A DNA stretch of 64,000 nucleotides. It comes from an uncultured Prevotellaceae bacterium. GTDB lineage: Bacteria > Bacteroidota > Bacteroidia > Bacteroidales > Bacteroidaceae. The notes beneath the pieces were generated by a model. It was given only the letters and a program-made list of their open reading frames with translations. It ran no database searches and was not told where the DNA came from. The translations under genes were made by a program, and so were the position numbers. Shown here piece by piece: positions 60,081 to 64,000 of this stretch. Where the stretch lies: NCBI GenBank assembly GCA_949299545.1, contig CASGAM010000020.1, forward strand, positions 56,432 to 120,431. The letters run 5' to 3'. Position 1 is the first letter of the stretch, and each line of letters begins with the position of its first letter.

Positions 60081-60779
60081 TTATTTGTAACTGATGGTAA
60101 AGTTTTTAACAGGTGTTCCTTTTTCGTCAACAAAACGCAGACAGAAGTCACTCATGCCGGGGCCGTTGATGACGGCGCCGCGGATAATGTTCTTGCCTTT
60201 TTTAAGTGTCAGACGATGTGACATGCAATCATCTTTTACCATGCGGCGGTCACCGGAAAGTATGACGGCCTCTTCGCCGTTCAGCCACCACATGGAGGCA
60301 GAATTGGAGCCTACGGCCATTCTGACACCGCTGATTTCTTCCGGGCAGTCAATGACCGTAACCGCCCAGAACAGTACGCCGTAAACCTGTTTCTTCAGTC
60401 CTGATGCAAAGCGGAACAGTTTGACGTTGAAGAGATTGCTTTCAACAGCGTGCCAGGTGAGTTTTTGTTTGCCGACTTTTACCTTATCGCCGTCTTCCGG
60501 GACTACCGTAAACTGGTCGGGGAAGTATTCCGTTGTGAATGCCTCGCGTATGTAACTGTCGGTGAAGACCGTGTTTGTACGATTAGGCTTGTCAATGGGT
60601 TCGAGCAATAGCCAGCGACGGATGAAACCATCATCATCCGGTGTCATGACACTTTCAGTAGGTGGTGAGAAATAAGGAGCCAGCCTGTTGGCTGTTTTCC
60701 TTTTTTGGGCATAACTCTGTAAGCCGATCATGAGGAAAAGGCATAGAGCCAGCCATGCAGTTCGATTAAGAATGTGCAT
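60081..60779 (-). CDS. Secreted beta-sandwich protein (family often labelled acetylxylan esterase)
   Basis: Likely start MHILNR (60779); GFIRRWLLLEPI, MWWLNG, LTLKKGKN; no GxSxG or GDSL motif visible. Confidence 0.7.
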   Translation of the reverse strand: MHILNRTAWLALCLFLMIGLQSYAQKRKTANRLAPYFSPPTESVMTPDDDGFIRRWLLLEPIDKPNRTNTVFTDSYIREAFTTEYFPDQFTVVPEDGDKVKVGKQKLTWHAVESNLFNVKLFRFASGLKKQVYGVLFWAVTVIDCPEEISGVRMAVGSNSASMWWLNGEEAVILSGDRRMVKDDCMSHRLTLKKGKNIIRGAVINGPGMSDFCLRFVDEKGTPVKNFTISYK

Positions 60780-60902
60780 TTTTGAGATTGTTTTTCGGTT
60801 GATAATAATATAAGATGGGCGTATCATGGTTTTGCGGCATTTCTTTCGTATGCGTTATTATAATTTGCCTGATACCATGATACGCTTAAGATGCGGTTTT
60901 AT

Positions 60903-62075
<1,173 letters not shown>

Positions 62076-62157
62076 TTATTAAAATGTTTGAAATGTTTTT
62101 CCAACGAATGGATTTATGTCATGTCTTTAGTTTCCGTTGATGGATGAAGAGAGTAAC

Positions 62158-63279
62158 TTACTTGAATAATAACGGTGCAAAGCGGGCAAGGCTTTCGCGC
62201 CATACCGGCCATGTATGTCCGCCGGGAGTTTCAAAATATGTGTACTTGATGCCTATCTCATCTAAGCGTTCACGCATGATACGGCAGTTGTTATAGGCTA
62301 TGTCTTCTTTTCCGCCCATAGAGATCCAGAATTGTTTGAGAAGTTTGTTGTAGTTCTCTTTGTCGCTTTTTAACAGGTTGTAATATTTCTCCGTACCATC
62401 ATTGCTTTGGTTTCCTCGTGATGCCCACCATCCGGAACTGAAAACACCCAGATAGGAGAATAGTTCGGGGTGCGTGATACCTACATTAAGCGTTTGGATG
62501 CCGCCCATGGATAAACCTGCCAAAGCTCTGTTTTCCCGTCCGTCAGCAACTCTGTAACGATCCTCTATGAAAGGAATACATTCCTTAATCAGTTCATTTT
62601 CAATATCAGAAGTGTTTCCGTCGGGCATGACGATGATCATCTCCTTGGCTTCGCCTGCTGCAATCAGGTTGTCCATGATGATATCGGTGCGTCCCTGATT
62701 GGCCCAGCCTCTTTCATCTTCACCGCCTCCGTGGAGCAGATAAAGTACGGGATAGTCTTTTTTACTTTTGTCATATCCGCTGGGAGTGTAAACGAACATT
62801 CGTTTCCAACATTTGTTGACAGTGGAGTAGTAACGGTTCATCCGAATATCGCCGTGCGGGACGTCTGCAATATAGAAACGATTGTCGCCATCGGGATAGG
62901 GAATCTCTATGCCGCTGCTCATCATGCTGCATCCGTAGAAGGATTCGCTGCCCGGGTCTGCTACCTTTACACCGTCGATGATCAGGAAATAATAATGAAA
63001 ACCTTCGGATAATGGTTCCGTGGTGCAGGTCCACGCACCATCTTCGCCACGTTTTAGGTCGTATTTCTTCCCTAAGTCAATTTGTACATTCTTGGCTTCC
63101 GGTGCGTTAATCTTGAAGATAACGCGATTGTCCGGCAAAATACGCGGATATTGTGAACTTCTGACATTAGAAGTTAGTTTCTCACCTGGTAGGCTGGTTG
63201 CCTGCCTTCTGAAGGTTGGCTGTGCGTTCATTGTAACTGTCAGCCCCAATAAAACAAAAAAAGATAAAAATGTTCTCAT
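62158..63279 (-). CDS. CE1 family esterase with N-terminal Ig/CBM48-like domain
   Basis: FKINAPEA, YPVLYLLHG, GLSMGG, GGHTWPVWR. Confidence 0.92.
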   Translation of the reverse strand: MRTFLSFFVLLGLTVTMNAQPTFRRQATSLPGEKLTSNVRSSQYPRILPDNRVIFKINAPEAKNVQIDLGKKYDLKRGEDGAWTCTTEPLSEGFHYYFLIIDGVKVADPGSESFYGCSMMSSGIEIPYPDGDNRFYIADVPHGDIRMNRYYSTVNKCWKRMFVYTPSGYDKSKKDYPVLYLLHGGGEDERGWANQGRTDIIMDNLIAAGEAKEMIIVMPDGNTSDIENELIKECIPFIEDRYRVADGRENRALAGLSMGGIQTLNVGITHPELFSYLGVFSSGWWASRGNQSNDGTEKYYNLLKSDKENYNKLLKQFWISMGGKEDIAYNNCRIMRERLDEIGIKYTYFETPGGHTWPVWRESLARFAPLLFK

Positions 63280-63540
63280 ACTATTCTATATTTTATTTTA
63301 ATGTCAATTTTGAGCATACCACATAAAAGTCATTATATGAAGTGCGAACTTTTTCCGCCCTCAGAACGTCTAACAGGTTGACTGATATGGGTAATTGGTA
63401 TATAGAATAGTGATGATTGCCCATGTTGAAACACATTCTTAGTGCTTCATCGGACTATTTTAACATTTCAAAGTTAATTATTGATGGTGAGAAAACATTC
63501 ATTTCTTGCGTTAATATTTTTAAATTTATAAATTACGAAT

Positions 63541-63574
63541 AAAAAAAGAGGATGCGTTCAAACGACACATCCTC
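63541..63574 (-). terminator. Intrinsic terminator after PFOR
   Basis: GAGGATG...CATCCTC stem followed by T7 on the minus strand. Confidence 0.8.
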
Positions 63575-63605
63575 CTCTGAGATTATCTGCATGAACAGAG
63601 CTGTA

Positions 63606-64000
63606 TTATTCGCTCCAGTCCATCTTGGTCATGCGTACATAGCTCTGGTAGCGCTTCTTGGCCATTTCTTCACAAGCATTGAACAGGTCGGCTGCTTCTG
63701 TCGGATATTGTTTCATGACAGATGCGAAACGAACCTCGCCTTTGAGGTAGTCTTGGAATGCGTCCCAGTTCGGCTCTTTAGAATCGAGTGTGAACGGATT
63801 CTTGCCTTCCTCTTCCAAAGCCGGGTTGAAACGCCACAAGTGCCAGTAACCGCAAGCGACTGCTGCAGCTTCTTCAGCTTGTGACTTGCCCATACCTTTC
63901 TTCAAACCGTGGTTGATACAAGGTGCGTAGGCAATGATGATAGAAGGTCCGGGATAAGCCTCAGCCTCACGAATTGCCTTGAGACATTGAGCCTGATCGG
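63606..64000 (-). CDS. nifJ: Pyruvate:ferredoxin/flavodoxin oxidoreductase, 3' end (partial)
   Basis: EAEAYPGPSIIIAYAPCINHG, GYWHLWRFNP, KNPFTLDSK, GEVRF; continues beyond the window. Confidence 0.95.
   Translation of the reverse strand, partial: DQAQCLKAIREAEAYPGPSIIIAYAPCINHGLKKGMGKSQAEEAAAVACGYWHLWRFNPALEEEGKNPFTLDSKEPNWDAFQDYLKGEVRFASVMKQYPTEAADLFNACEEMAKKRYQSYVRMTKMDWSE

Noticed and set aside
63280-63476. Leader hairpin and short ORF upstream of the CE1 operon
   Set aside because: One modest stem (ATGGGTAAT/ATTGCCCAT) and a featureless ~47-codon ORF; insufficient support.

Overview
Chromosomal window from a Bacteroidales (Prevotellaceae/Bacteroidaceae-like) genome, judged from gene content and TAnnTTTG promoters. 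Core genes: hemW, DUF4827-nrnA-comEC-rpe, an ECF sigma, FAH-porU-porV-ispF, PBP1A plus a PIF1-like helicase, lpxD-lpxC/fabZ-lpxA-miaA, purM-prfA-pyrF, phoH-purC-menG-aroE-LemA/TPM, and the 3' end of PFOR. Accessory loci: T9SS-secreted CAZymes (GH127/146-like, GH128-like), two GH43s, a CE1 esterase cluster, a kinase-less HTCS-type regulator, a metalloprotease-SusC-SusD-T9SS cargo operon, a 5'-truncated BspA-type LRR gene, and a decayed blaI/M56 pair at the left edge. The most unusual signal is non-coding: two diverged copies (21491-21993 and 48643-49055, opposite orientation) of a 0.4-0.5 kb element. Each has ~70-90 bp terminal inverted repeats centred on CTTCACTCCTTCAC and a central 21-bp-periodic array of GCGAC(AG/CT)GTCGC palindromes. 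A candidate H-type pseudoknot also lies in the leader of the protease-SusCD operon. I saw no rRNA, tRNA, CRISPR array, transposase or integrase. All calls come from reading motifs by eye; no searches were run.
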